Positions 28,475 through 39,254 of a stretch of 47,637 nt of DNA are shown here, one piece after another. The stretch comes from Salinivirgaceae bacterium (lineage in GTDB: Bacteria > Bacteroidota > Bacteroidia > Bacteroidales > SZUA-534). The notes under the pieces are model-generated. The model was not told where the DNA came from. It saw nothing but the letters and a program-made list of their open reading frames with translations, and made no database searches. Every line of letters starts with the position of its first letter. Within the stretch, counting starts at the first letter, position 1. The stretch is from assembly GCA_024405635.1 (NCBI GenBank), contig JAKSOL010000023.1:1-47637 (forward strand). The letters run 5' to 3'. Made by a program: the position numbers and the translations under genes.

Positions 28475-29731
28475 ATGGCAATGGACAGAAAAATAGAAAA
28501 GAAAAAGGGAATAAAACCCAAAACCGTAATCGTAACACTGATATCGGTAGCAGTAGTTGCTTTACTAATTAAGATGACCATTTCGGCATCGGTATCGGTT
28601 TACAAAGCCGACCGCAACAAGTTAATAATATCAAATGTTGAAGCTAGTTTATTCAAAGAATACATATCAATAACCGGCACAGTAGCACCACTCACAACCA
28701 TTTTTTTAGATGCCGATGAGGGTGGCAAGGTTCAAGAAAAACTGATTGAAGAGGGTGAGATGGTTAAAAAAGGCGACATTATTTTCCGCATGGTAAACAA
28801 CGACCTTAAACTGCAAATTATGAATGCCGAGTCGCAACTTGCCTATCAAGCCAACGAGTTGCGCAACACCATCATTAATATGGACCAGCAAAAAATTAAC
28901 AACAAACGGCAATTGCTTGACATTGACCATCAAATTGTACGATTGAAACGCACCTTTGAGCAAAACCAAGAACTATACAACAACGGCAACATTTCAACCG
29001 AGGAGTACACACGATCGGCTGAGGAGTACGAATACTCGGTAAAAGAACGCGCCCTACGCTACGAGCAAATGGTACAAGACTCCATTTTTCGCGAAAACCA
29101 ACGCGACCAAATGAACTCAAGCCTACGAAGCATGCAAGAAAACCTTCGCATTGTGCGCCAACGACTTGAGGACCTCAACGTAAAAGCTCCTGCCGATGGC
29201 CAACTTGGATCGCTTGATGTGGAGATTGGACAAAAAATTAACCAAGGCCAACGCATTGGTCAGCTCAACATTATTGACAACTACAAGATTACTGCCCAAG
29301 TTGACGAACATTACATTGACCGAGTAAAAAAAGGTTTGAGTGCAACATTTGAGCGCCAAGACCGTCTGTTTAATGTAAAAGTTAAGAAAATTTATCCCGA
29401 TGTTCGCGATGGTAAGTTCCAAATTGATTTGTTGTTTGGCGACACTTTGCCTAACAACCTTCGCACTGGACAAACCTATCACATAAAGTTGGAACTTGGC
29501 CAATCGGAAAAAGCAATTATAATACCATGTGGCAATTTTTTCCATACCACAGGCGGGCAATGGATATTTGTGCTTGACGAGTCGGGTAAGTTTGCTACCA
29601 AGCGTAACATAAAAATTGGCCGAAAAAACCCACTCTATTACGAGGTGCTTGAGGGTTTAAACCCAGGCGAGCAAGTAATTGTGAGCGGCTACGACCTGTT
29701 TGGCGACAATAACCGTATTGAATTCAAATAA
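28475..29731 (+). CDS. Efflux periplasmic adaptor (MacA/HlyD family)
   Basis: MDRKIEKKKG, TM anchor, lipoyl-like EEGEMVKKGD, coiled coil, VKAPADG, EVLEGLNPGEQVI. Confidence 0.92.
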   Translation: MAMDRKIEKKKGIKPKTVIVTLISVAVVALLIKMTISASVSVYKADRNKLIISNVEASLFKEYISITGTVAPLTTIFLDADEGGKVQEKLIEEGEMVKKGDIIFRMVNNDLKLQIMNAESQLAYQANELRNTIINMDQQKINNKRQLLDIDHQIVRLKRTFEQNQELYNNGNISTEEYTRSAEEYEYSVKERALRYEQMVQDSIFRENQRDQMNSSLRSMQENLRIVRQRLEDLNVKAPADGQLGSLDVEIGQKINQGQRIGQLNIIDNYKITAQVDEHYIDRVKKGLSATFERQDRLFNVKVKKIYPDVRDGKFQIDLLFGDTLPNNLRTGQTYHIKLELGQSEKAIIIPCGNFFHTTGGQWIFVLDESGKFATKRNIKIGRKNPLYYEVLEGLNPGEQVIVSGYDLFGDNNRIEFK

Positions 29732-29763
29732 ACTAAACCATAAAACTGAATTACATTATAAAC

Positions 29764-32136
29764 ATGAAAACACTTTTTCGAAACCTTATCAGCATAATCA
29801 GGCGATTCAAACTTGCCTACACAATGAACCTACTTGGAACGGCCACCGCCTTTGCATCGTTTATGTTAATAATGATGCAAATATGCTACGAGCGTGGATT
29901 TGACAAGTGCTTAGACAAGTCGGAAAACATTTACCGATTAACTAGCAACTTTGAGTATCCGTTTAATGTAGTCTTGCCACGAGGTGTAATTGAGGAGTAC
30001 GTAAAATCGTCGCCATACATTGAGGCTGGTGGCGCCATTGCCGACTTTGACACACAAACTTACTTTTCGGTAACCGAGAGCAACGGATTAAACAAAGTAT
30101 TAAAATTACCCATTATTTGCATTGAGCCAGATGTTGTTAATGTTTTTGGGTTTAAAATGATAACAGGCTCATCAGACTGCATTGAATCGCCAGATAAAGC
30201 TCTAATTCCGGCCAGCTTAGCAAAAAAGATGTTTGGCACGGTTGACGTGGTTGGTCGCGCTATTGAAAACCAAAACACCCTATGGTTAGCTTGTGGCAAC
30301 TCGTTTACAGTGGGCGGTGTTTATGCCGACTTTCCATCGAATACACAATTAAAAAATGTGGTTTACCTAAAAATGAACGACATTCAAAAGGGTGAGATGA
30401 ATGCTTGCAACTTTCTTGGCTATTTTAGAGTAACAGACGGCACCAACGTAAAAGCCATTAGCGATGCGTTTAACAAAAAACTAAACGACTACAATTTTGT
30501 TGATGGATTCCAAATTGAGTTCAAGGCAACACCTATTGAGAGCATTTATTACTTAAACGAGAGCGGCGAAGGCATTTTTGTAAAATGTGGTAGCAAAAGT
30601 GTGAGCAACACATTGCTAATAATTGCGCTCGTAATCATAATCATATCAATAATAAACCACATAAACTTCAACTTGGCATTGGTGCCAATGCGCATACGTT
30701 CAATCAATATCCAAAAGGTGCTTGGCTGCAACACCAACCGTTTGCTCACAATGCTCGTACTCGAGTCGGTTATTGCATGTTTTGCCGCATGGCTCATAGG
30801 CTTGTTTATGGTTTATTTGGTGGGAGGCACTTGGCTCACATCGTTCCTTATAGGCAATTTGAGCATACAAGGCAACATAGGCATCTGCACAATAACAGGC
30901 ATTGGTTCACTATTGATTGGTGTGTTGGCAGGCATCTACCCAGCCACTATCCAAACATCGATAAACCCAGCCATTGCGCTTAAAGGTTCGTTTGGCAAAT
31001 CGCACAGTGGCCGCCGCATGCGCACCTTGCTGCTTACCATTCAATATGTAGCATCGGCTGCATTTGTTGCTGCAGCTTGCTTTGTGTGGCTACAAAACAA
31101 ATACATGCTTGCTAATAGTTCGCTTTCGGCAATGGAGCAAGTGGTTCAGGCTGAAGTGCCTGTAAAACTTGCACAACAACACTTAAACACATTTGTGAAT
31201 AGACTTAAGGAGAATCCTTCAATTATGAATGTGGCTTTTGGTCAAAACAAGGTTGGCGCAACCGATACCTACACTACCAACGCAAAATATGCAAAAGACG
31301 GCTCAACTTACAATTATCAAGAATTGTGGGCCACAAAAGAGATTTTAGACGTGTTTGGAGTGAAAGTGATAGAGGGATGCAACTTTACCAATCCGTCACT
31401 TAACAACGACGATGCTTATGCCATAGCAACCAAAAGCATGAAGGAGTTGAGTGGCATTGTGCTTAACGAGTCAATGGCCTACGACGGTTGGGGCAAGTTC
31501 ATTGGCATTATTGACAACATTAATATAACATCGATGCGTAAAGAGTCGAAACCAATTTTGTTTATGTCGATAAACAAGATGAACGAAAACATAAACTTCT
31601 CAAACATGTATGTTCGAATAGCCCAAGGAGCAAACATGCACGAAAGCATAAAGTACATTACCGACATTATTCACGAGTTCATTCCCGAATACCCAATTGA
31701 ATTTGAATTTTACGACGATGTGATGAACCAATTGTACCACAGCGAGCGTGCCCTTTCAAGCGAATTGGTCTTCTTCTCGCTTCTGGCTATCATGATATCG
31801 ATAATTGGAATATTTGGCATGGTAATGTTTGATTGCGAGTATCACCGCAAAGACAATGCAGTGCGCCGCGTTTTGGGTGCTAATATGAGCAACATTTTAA
31901 CCATGGCTAACAAACGCTACATAAAGTTGCTCCTTGTTGGATTTGCAATATCAATTCCTGTGGTTGTAATCTTTATCAACGACTGGCTTAAAGGCTTTGT
32001 AAGCCATATAGACATTAGTTGGGGCGTGTTTGCCTTGGTGTTGGTTGCTTTGGCTGCCATAACATCAATCATTGTAACAACACAAACATGGAGTTCGGCA
32101 TCAGAAAATCCTATCAACAACCTAAAATCGGAATAA
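29764..32136 (+). CDS. ABC transporter permease (MacB/FtsX duplicated)
   Basis: Two MacB periplasmic and FtsX repeats (IQKVLG, VRRVLGA), C-terminal NPINNLKSE. Confidence 0.92.
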   Translation: MKTLFRNLISIIRRFKLAYTMNLLGTATAFASFMLIMMQICYERGFDKCLDKSENIYRLTSNFEYPFNVVLPRGVIEEYVKSSPYIEAGGAIADFDTQTYFSVTESNGLNKVLKLPIICIEPDVVNVFGFKMITGSSDCIESPDKALIPASLAKKMFGTVDVVGRAIENQNTLWLACGNSFTVGGVYADFPSNTQLKNVVYLKMNDIQKGEMNACNFLGYFRVTDGTNVKAISDAFNKKLNDYNFVDGFQIEFKATPIESIYYLNESGEGIFVKCGSKSVSNTLLIIALVIIIISIINHINFNLALVPMRIRSINIQKVLGCNTNRLLTMLVLESVIACFAAWLIGLFMVYLVGGTWLTSFLIGNLSIQGNIGICTITGIGSLLIGVLAGIYPATIQTSINPAIALKGSFGKSHSGRRMRTLLLTIQYVASAAFVAAACFVWLQNKYMLANSSLSAMEQVVQAEVPVKLAQQHLNTFVNRLKENPSIMNVAFGQNKVGATDTYTTNAKYAKDGSTYNYQELWATKEILDVFGVKVIEGCNFTNPSLNNDDAYAIATKSMKELSGIVLNESMAYDGWGKFIGIIDNINITSMRKESKPILFMSINKMNENINFSNMYVRIAQGANMHESIKYITDIIHEFIPEYPIEFEFYDDVMNQLYHSERALSSELVFFSLLAIMISIIGIFGMVMFDCEYHRKDNAVRRVLGANMSNILTMANKRYIKLLLVGFAISIPVVVIFINDWLKGFVSHIDISWGVFALVLVALAAITSIIVTTQTWSSASENPINNLKSE

Positions 32137-32190
32137 AACTCAATTCTAAGCAAATAATACTTAAAACATTAATAATTAAACTCTACTACG

Positions 32191-32874
32191 ATGATTAAAA
32201 CTGAAAACCTAATGAAAGTGTTTCAAACAGAAGAAGTTGAAACCTACGCATTGAACAACGTAAACTTTGAAGTAAAAAAAGGTGAGTTTGTTGCCATTAT
32301 GGGACCATCGGGTTGCGGAAAATCAACATTGCTAAACATTATTGGCCTACTTGACAACCCAACAAGCGGCAAGTACCTATTTGACGGAACCGACGTTGCT
32401 AATTTTAAAGAGAGCCAACGCACCAACTTGCGCAAGGGTAACATTGGTTTTGTGTTTCAAAGCTTTAACCTTATTGACGAACTATCAGTATTTGAAAACG
32501 TTGAGCTTCCATTGCTTTACCTAAAAGTTCCTGCCAAAGAGCGCAAACAACGTGTTGAAAAAGTGCTTGAGCAAATGAACATTGCCCACCGTGCCGACCA
32601 TTTCCCTCAACAATTATCGGGCGGTCAGCAACAACGTGTGGCCATTGCTCGCGCTGTAATTTCAAACCCAAAATTACTACTTGCCGACGAGCCAACTGGC
32701 AACCTCGACTCAAAAAATGGTCTTGAGGTGATGCATCTGCTTACCGACCTAAACAAAAACCAAGGAACAACCATTGTAATGGTTACCCACTCAATGCGCG
32801 ATGCCGGCTTTGCTCACCGCACCATTAACTTGTTTGACGGACAAATAATATCAAAAATTGAAAACGTGCTTTAA
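32191..32874 (+). CDS. ABC transporter ATP-binding protein (LolD/MacB-like)
   Basis: GPSGCGKS, LSGGQQQRVAIARA, ADEPTGNLD. Confidence 0.96.
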   Translation: MIKTENLMKVFQTEEVETYALNNVNFEVKKGEFVAIMGPSGCGKSTLLNIIGLLDNPTSGKYLFDGTDVANFKESQRTNLRKGNIGFVFQSFNLIDELSVFENVELPLLYLKVPAKERKQRVEKVLEQMNIAHRADHFPQQLSGGQQQRVAIARAVISNPKLLLADEPTGNLDSKNGLEVMHLLTDLNKNQGTTIVMVTHSMRDAGFAHRTINLFDGQIISKIENVL

Positions 32875-32994
32875 CTAAGATTCATGCAGCCAGCTATCAC
32901 TCTCCAAAAAAAATAGGCATCAGCTTTAGGAGTAATTTACTTCGAAAAAAAACAATTTGCTGAACCCGTTGTGCATTAATGCTTGCCACATATA

Positions 32995-33768
32995 CTACTC
33001 TAACACAATGCCTGCACCATGTCGCCAAATGGTTTCGGGATTGCGGCGATGCGAGTACAAAATATTATGTTGACAACTAGTACATAGGCCAGACTCTTCG
33101 ATGTTTGTAGCCAAAACACCTGCTTGCGTTAACCAATAACGGTTAGCTTTAACCAAATCGACAAACGGACGTGGCGCACCTTGCCGATGTTCAATAACAT
33201 TTGGAATGTAAGCAAACTGCTCAGCTACCTCGTTGCCTACCTCAAAGCAACAAACCGAAATGCACGGACCTATGCCAGCCACAAGGTTATTGGGATTGGT
33301 ACCAAATTGCTGTTGCATTGCCTCAACTGTGGTTTTAACAATACCTTGCGCGGTTCCACGCCAACCCGAGTGAATGGCTGCTGCAGCATGGTTTTGTTTG
33401 TCGTAAAGCAAAATGGGAACACAGTCGGCCGATAGCGCCATTAAACAAATGCCTGGTTGATTGGTAATCAGCGCATCGGTGTTTGGTATACGTGTTTCAA
33501 TATTGGTTGATCCACTACCGGCGTTTGACTCATCAACCACTGCTACGTTGGTTGTGTGTTTTTGTTCGGCTGTTGTAAGCTTTTCTATCTGAAAACCAAT
33601 TGTTTGAGCCAACCAACGGCGATTGTCGGCACCCATTGGTAAACGCAAATTGATGTCGGTTTTTTCGCGCCCCAAACCCGATGTTACAAAGTGCTTTACT
33701 CGCGGCAAATTGAGGTTTTGAAATGTATAATACGGAAATTTGTTCCCTGATTGATTATGAAGAATCAT
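32995..33768 (-). CDS. pgeF: Peptidoglycan editing factor / YfiH-family purine nucleoside phosphorylase
   Basis: QKHT, DALIT, ADCVPILL, HSGWRG, GPCI...CFEV, CT.C....SHRR. Confidence 0.9.
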   Translation of the reverse strand: MILHNQSGNKFPYYTFQNLNLPRVKHFVTSGLGREKTDINLRLPMGADNRRWLAQTIGFQIEKLTTAEQKHTTNVAVVDESNAGSGSTNIETRIPNTDALITNQPGICLMALSADCVPILLYDKQNHAAAAIHSGWRGTAQGIVKTTVEAMQQQFGTNPNNLVAGIGPCISVCCFEVGNEVAEQFAYIPNVIEHRQGAPRPFVDLVKANRYWLTQAGVLATNIEESGLCTSCQHNILYSHRRNPETIWRHGAGIVLE

Positions 33769-33828
33769 CGACTTATAAACTACTGATTTATCAAGTATTA
33801 GCTTTTTATTGCTACTTAACAACTTAAA

Positions 33829-34623
33829 CTATTTTTGGAGTCTGTTGAGTATTAATTTGCGTTGTTGCGCATGCGGCTGACTAAAGTCGTGGTTTATTAT
33901 AGCACCTTGCCACTCGCCGTACATTGGATTTGGCAAAATAATGTAACGTGTACCAAATAGGTTTTGCAACGAATCGACAAGACCAAGAGCAAGTGTAGTG
34001 TCGCGGTTGTCGAACTCTGAAGTAAAATCGCCAAGGCTATCGCCAATTAAAAGGATAATTTCATAGTTGGCAGCAACTTGTTCGCGGCGCGAATCTTTGC
34101 AACTCGACTCGCCTGGGGCAATAAACAACAAGTCGGTGCTATCGAGTTTTATGCCTTGCTCACGTAGGTTTTGCAATGTTTTGGCAATCTCGTCGGTTTG
34201 TCGGTTCGAGATTAGTTTTACAGCCACACCTTTGCTTTGCGCAAAAGCAATGAATTTTGCCACTCCGGGTAACGCACGTGCGCTTCCTCGTTGGCTCCAC
34301 TCTTCCCATCGGCTACGGCTATACTCGGCGTTGTCGGCTATTAGCTTTGCTTCAAACGGACTATTATCGAGCACTGTTTCGTCAATGTCCATAACCACAG
34401 CAGCAGGTTTTGTTCCTTTGTAAGCGGCAAGGTTTTGCGCCAATGCCATTTCGGCTAACGAGTATGCTTGGTAATAACATGCGCGCATCTCAGCCGACTG
34501 CTGGTACCATGCTGTGGCTAGCAGCAATTGCTCCGCCACCAATTCATTTGCAGGTTCAGGTTTCGATTGGCAACCTACTAATATACTGACGATTAAACAC
34601 AATATTGTCGTTGTTTTTTTCAT
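33829..34623 (-). CDS. 5'-nucleotidase lipoprotein, e(P4) family (class C acid phosphatase)
   Basis: Lipobox LVGC; DIDETVLDNSP, IGDSLGDF, LPNPMYGEW. Confidence 0.93.
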   Translation of the reverse strand: MKKTTTILCLIVSILVGCQSKPEPANELVAEQLLLATAWYQQSAEMRACYYQAYSLAEMALAQNLAAYKGTKPAAVVMDIDETVLDNSPFEAKLIADNAEYSRSRWEEWSQRGSARALPGVAKFIAFAQSKGVAVKLISNRQTDEIAKTLQNLREQGIKLDSTDLLFIAPGESSCKDSRREQVAANYEIILLIGDSLGDFTSEFDNRDTTLALGLVDSLQNLFGTRYIILPNPMYGEWQGAIINHDFSQPHAQQRKLILNRLQK

Positions 34624-34642
34624 AACATTAAAGTTTATTGAA

Positions 34643-37327
34643 CTATGGTTCAACTTTGTAATTCAACTTAAAGAATTTGTCGTAGCGCAAAAGGTTTTTG
34701 TCCTCTAAAAACTTGGTTAGGTTTTCGGCCGAAATGATGTAGTGCTTGTAACTATCGGTTGTAATATCGGCAAACACTTCGCCAGCCACCACTACCGACT
34801 CGTAGTAGTTGCGAGCCATTTTCATGTTGCGGAATTTTTCAACCATAATCACACTAAACTCGTCGCTTGTTTTTTGACTTGTAATGTTAAAGTTCAGAAA
34901 ATCAAAATATTCGGCATTAAAATCGATAAGATTGAATTTGATGCGAGCATCTTCAACTTTGCCTGCCAATGCCACCACCATATAATAATGTTCGGCCGCC
35001 GCATCGTAGTTGTACATCGACACGTCGAGCGAGTCGTAAGCGGCTTGTGCTGCTTGTTCGGCTTCGGCAATAAGTTGTTCTTCGGTTTTAACCTCAACAA
35101 CGCGTGGTTTTCGGTTCAATGCATCAATCACATCTTGGGCATAGCTTTTTTCTTCGCTGTTTGGGAATCGGTTTATGTATTGTTGAAGCAAGCCTTTAAA
35201 GGTAACTGTGTCGGCATTTTTACCCTGACAAAGGGTGTTAAGCAAAGCAAATTTTGGCAACAACTTGCTGTTTGGATAGGCCGAATCGACGTAAGCATAA
35301 TTGTAGTTTACCATTGCGCAACTATCGGTTAAAAAGTACCGATATGTGGCCATATACATAAAGTTTAGTTGCCGCTCAATGCGGTCAATGTCGCGGTAGT
35401 ATTCAGGGTCGCTAAGAATGCGAGCATAGTCGCTGTCGGGATGTTCAGTTATTAGTTGTTGCTTACACTTTTCGGCATTGGTGTAGTCTTTGTTTAGCAA
35501 GTAAATTTTGTACAGATTGTAGAGTGCAGCTGGCACATATTCCGATTTTGGGTATTTATCTAAAAAGTTGTTGAACGAAGTTGTAGCCAAATCAAAATCC
35601 TCAAACTTGTCTTTGTAAATAACGCCCAGGTTGTAGGTTGCTTCTTCAAGTTTCTTTTCTGATGCTCGCATTGCCGAGTCGGTAAGTGGCAAATCGGCTA
35701 AGTAGTATTCGGGTTGTGTATTGTCGGTAGGACGATTGTTTTCTGATTCGGTTTCGTGTTCGTTGTTTTCGGTCCACTCAACCACAGTTTTGTTACTTCG
35801 GCGCCAGTTGTCTTCAAGTTTACGGTTTCCCCAACGTTTTTTAAATTCGCTTTGTCCAGCGCTTAACGATGCTTGATTGTAGAAATACCAAGCGCCCGAG
35901 GTTTGGTTTTGTCGATTGGTGGCTTGTGTTTCGGCAATGTCGGACAAACGTCTTTGTTCGCGATTTTTTTCAGCTTGCTCTGCTTGCTTTACCTCATTTA
36001 TTTTTTTCTGAATAAGTGCATTGCGATCGTATTCGCTCATTCGGGCCACTTTTTGCAAACTGTCTTGAGTTTGAATGGTATTAATGCATTCGATAAGGTA
36101 ATTAAGGTTATCGCTCTTATTTTTAATGCTTTTGTAGTTTGGGTACTCGCGCGGCAAATCAACCAACGCGCTGTCGTAGTACTTTTGTGCTGTGGTGTAG
36201 TCGGGTTTTTCAAAACTAACTTCGGCTACTGCCAAGTAAGATATACTTTTTTGTGTAGTGTTTATGGTATTGGCCTCAACCGATTTTTTGTAAAAATATA
36301 ATGCATCGTCGTCGCGCATTTCGTTGTAAGCAATGTTGCCAAGTGCGTAGTAAATTTGGTCGCAGTAGTCAATGTTTTTTTCGTCTTTAAGCATACGCTT
36401 TAACTCGCGTTGCAGGCTTTCGCTATTGCCAGTTTCGGCATTATAAAGTCCAGCTTTGTTTATTTGTGCATTAAATACGTATGTGTAGTCGGGACTGGTT
36501 TTAATAACCTTGCTGAACATTTGCTCAGCTTTAATATTATCGTCGTTTTGTTGGTATAGTTGAGCCAAAATGTACATGTAGCGCACTTTGTCTTGTTTTT
36601 TTCGAGTTGTTGCCACTGCATCTTCCATAAATGGAATTGCCTCAGCATAGCGTTGTTGACGCAAATAGATGTCGGCTTGCGTAGCATTGTACGAACTACG
36701 TAACTTGCGTGGCACTTCGTTTCCATCGCTTGTTACACGAATCATAAAATCTTGAGCCTCAACAAATTTGCCCAATTCGGTGTAACATCGAGCTAACCAA
36801 ATGTAGGCTTCTTTTTTTGTTTTCTCGTCGTCAAAAGTTCGCACTATTGAAGTAAAAGCCTCAATGGCAGCATAATGCTCTTGCTTAATCATTTGAGCTT
36901 TGCCAATCAGCATTTCGGCGTCGTCAATCCACTTAACGTACTCGTTTTTTTCTTGAAAAGCCTTGTCTTTAGCCGTTTGTTTGCCTTTTTTCTTTTTAGG
37001 CTTAGCTGTTATTGAGTGTTTGCGAATACATTTTTCGCCTTTTTCAATAACGCGGCTCATATTTGAAAAAGCCTTTAGCGCATCTTCTTTGTCGCTATAT
37101 GTAAAAACTGGCAGTATAAGCGAAAAGTTGTCTTCGTGCGCATCGTTAATTACGCGCATTCCTTCGTTCCAAGCTTCGCGCCCGTTAAAATAAACATTGT
37201 AATGCGATGTAAGATTGTGGTAGCCTCGCCTGATGGGTGTGTTTTTTGATGGTCCACAACCGCTTATCGCCATTGCCGCCATACCTAATACCACTGCAAG
37301 TTCTGCTATTTTGCTACCCTTTGCCAC
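34643..37327 (-). CDS. sprE: TPR lipoprotein, SprE/PorW (T9SS) family
   Basis: Lipobox ISGC; YHNLTSHYNVYFNG, WYFYN...G..EF...WG.RKLEDNWRRSNK. Confidence 0.82.
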   Translation of the reverse strand: MAKGSKIAELAVVLGMAAMAISGCGPSKNTPIRRGYHNLTSHYNVYFNGREAWNEGMRVINDAHEDNFSLILPVFTYSDKEDALKAFSNMSRVIEKGEKCIRKHSITAKPKKKKGKQTAKDKAFQEKNEYVKWIDDAEMLIGKAQMIKQEHYAAIEAFTSIVRTFDDEKTKKEAYIWLARCYTELGKFVEAQDFMIRVTSDGNEVPRKLRSSYNATQADIYLRQQRYAEAIPFMEDAVATTRKKQDKVRYMYILAQLYQQNDDNIKAEQMFSKVIKTSPDYTYVFNAQINKAGLYNAETGNSESLQRELKRMLKDEKNIDYCDQIYYALGNIAYNEMRDDDALYFYKKSVEANTINTTQKSISYLAVAEVSFEKPDYTTAQKYYDSALVDLPREYPNYKSIKNKSDNLNYLIECINTIQTQDSLQKVARMSEYDRNALIQKKINEVKQAEQAEKNREQRRLSDIAETQATNRQNQTSGAWYFYNQASLSAGQSEFKKRWGNRKLEDNWRRSNKTVVEWTENNEHETESENNRPTDNTQPEYYLADLPLTDSAMRASEKKLEEATYNLGVIYKDKFEDFDLATTSFNNFLDKYPKSEYVPAALYNLYKIYLLNKDYTNAEKCKQQLITEHPDSDYARILSDPEYYRDIDRIERQLNFMYMATYRYFLTDSCAMVNYNYAYVDSAYPNSKLLPKFALLNTLCQGKNADTVTFKGLLQQYINRFPNSEEKSYAQDVIDALNRKPRVVEVKTEEQLIAEAEQAAQAAYDSLDVSMYNYDAAAEHYYMVVALAGKVEDARIKFNLIDFNAEYFDFLNFNITSQKTSDEFSVIMVEKFRNMKMARNYYESVVVAGEVFADITTDSYKHYIISAENLTKFLEDKNLLRYDKFFKLNYKVEP

Positions 37328-37650
37328 TTGTTTCTTGAAATTGTTGCAAATGTAATTATTTATCTATCAGCAAAAAGAACGAAACAATATGCCATTTGTT
37401 GCTTAATCAGCAATTACAATCATTCTTTTTTTAGTTGAGTTAATTGTACGCAATGTTCTTATAGCAAATATTTACGATTTGTTATTTTTTATTGTGTTTT
37501 ACTTTTCTTTTGAAAGTGTATAGCATACGCAAATTACTAATTGCAAGCGTTTAGACTATTACACTTAAGAATCGTTTTTACTTTTGCATCGTGAATTCAC
37601 TGAAAGAACAAGAAAAGAGAGAATAATAAACCTTAAAAACGAAAAGAATT

Positions 37651-38352
37651 ATGAGACCCATTAGAACACTAGCAATAGCATCATTGGCAATGATGCTTTG
37701 CACACCAACAATGGCTGGCGACTTTACAGTAACTGGAAGTACCGATGTAGTATCGCGATATGTATGGCGCGGTATGGAACAGGGCGCTGGAGCAGCTTTG
37801 CAACCAACACTTGAATTGGGATACGGCGGTTTTACCGCTGGAGCATGGGGAAGCACAAGTTTAGCATCGCTTGAGCCAAAAGAATTTGATGTTTACTTGG
37901 GTTATAGCATAGGCGGCTTGTCAGCAACCCTTACCGATTACTTTTGGGCTGGCGAGTCAATGGCATACGGATATTACAAAACCGACCACTTTTTTGAGTT
38001 GGCATTAGAATACTCGTTTGGCGACGATTTGCCACTCACACTTGGCTGGGCCACAATGCTTTTTGGCGGTGAATCTGCAGAGTTAGATGAAGACGGAAAG
38101 CGCATGTTTTCAACTTACATTAGTGCATCATACGATTTTGATATAAGCGGTGTAACTCTTACTCCTGCAATAGGCATTACACCTTGGAAGGGCCAGTTCT
38201 CTGACAAGTTTGACGTTATGGACATAACCCTTACCGCAAGCAAGGATATTGAGATAACCGACAAATTTTCGCTACCAGTTTTCACACAAGTTGTTGTGTC
38301 TCCTGCATGCGACCGCACATACCTAATTGCGGGCTGTACAATAGGCTTTTAG
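37651..38352 (+). CDS. TorF-like putative porin / outer membrane beta-barrel
   Basis: Signal peptide, DVVSRYVWRG, QPTLE, GAWGS, E.D.YLGY, terminal F; -7 element TACTTTTG at 37579-37586. Confidence 0.75.
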   Translation: MRPIRTLAIASLAMMLCTPTMAGDFTVTGSTDVVSRYVWRGMEQGAGAALQPTLELGYGGFTAGAWGSTSLASLEPKEFDVYLGYSIGGLSATLTDYFWAGESMAYGYYKTDHFFELALEYSFGDDLPLTLGWATMLFGGESAELDEDGKRMFSTYISASYDFDISGVTLTPAIGITPWKGQFSDKFDVMDITLTASKDIEITDKFSLPVFTQVVVSPACDRTYLIAGCTIGF

Positions 38353-38409
38353 TTTACTTGCAATAAGATCACTACCGTTTCAGCGTAAATTTTTACATTT
38401 CATCGTTCG

Positions 38410-38441
38410 AGGTTGGGCTTGTGATCGGCCCAACCTTTTTT
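38410..38441 (+). terminator. Intrinsic terminator
   Basis: aggttgggc...gcccaacct followed by a T-run. Confidence 0.8.
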
Positions 38442-38591
38442 GTTTTCTTTTTTCTAACTCAATTTCAAACATTGCCGTTTTCAATAGTGTACAACCTTTA
38501 TCAAGGTTGTTTCAGCATCAGTTTGCGTTTGCACATTTTTGTCAATTCACTTACATTTGTGCCAATTAGAAAATCAGTAAATCAATAGAAT

Positions 38592-39158
38592 ATGATTAAT
38601 TCACAAGACGTAAAAAACGGAATGTGCATCCGTATGGACGGAAAACTTTATTTCGTTATTGAGTTTTTGCACGTTAAACCAGGAAAAGGTAACACCATTA
38701 TGCGTGTTAAATTGAAAGATGTTGTTGATGGCTACGTTTTGGAGCGCCGCTTCAACATTGGTGAAAAATTGGAAGATGTTCGCATTGAGCGCCGCCAATA
38801 CCAATACTTGTATGCTGAGGGCGACAACTACATCTTTATGGACCAAGAATCGTACGAGCAAATTCCAATTGAAAAAGATAAAATTACCGGTGTTGCTTTC
38901 TTAAAAGAAGGTTTTATTGTTGACGTAATTTTTGACGGATCAACTGAAACTGTTTTGTTCGCTGAATTGCCAATGAAAGTTGATTTGCAAATCACCTATT
39001 CAGAACCAGGTGTTAAAGGCGACACTGCAACCAACACTCTTAAACCTGCAACAGTTGAAACTGGTGCGACCGTTATGGTTCCATTGTTTGTTAACGTAGG
39101 CGAAATAATTAAAATTGATACCCGCGACGGTAGCTACTGCGAGCGCGTAAAGGCTTAA
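38592..39158 (+). CDS. efp: Translation elongation factor P
   Basis: HVKPGKG, PGVKGDTA, KPATVETG, VPLFV; -7 element TACATTTG at 38552-38559. Confidence 0.98.
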   Translation: MINSQDVKNGMCIRMDGKLYFVIEFLHVKPGKGNTIMRVKLKDVVDGYVLERRFNIGEKLEDVRIERRQYQYLYAEGDNYIFMDQESYEQIPIEKDKITGVAFLKEGFIVDVIFDGSTETVLFAELPMKVDLQITYSEPGVKGDTATNTLKPATVETGATVMVPLFVNVGEIIKIDTRDGSYCERVKA

Positions 39159-39184
39159 TTTTCGCATTTACAACATATTAAAAG

Positions 39185-39218
39185 AAAGGCATCGGAAAGT
39201 TTTCGATGTCTTTTTTTT
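39185..39218 (+). terminator. Intrinsic terminator after efp
   Basis: aaaggcatcgg-aaagt-tttcgatgtcttt with T8. Confidence 0.75.
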
Positions 39219-39254
39219 GTCTATTTTGCAAGCATACTTTTTAAATCTCTGCAC

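Noticed and set aside
34742-36301. Long antisense ORFs (196 aa, 142 aa) and similar shadow ORFs across the window
   Set aside because: They lie opposite well-supported genes and are explained by codon bias; no motifs.
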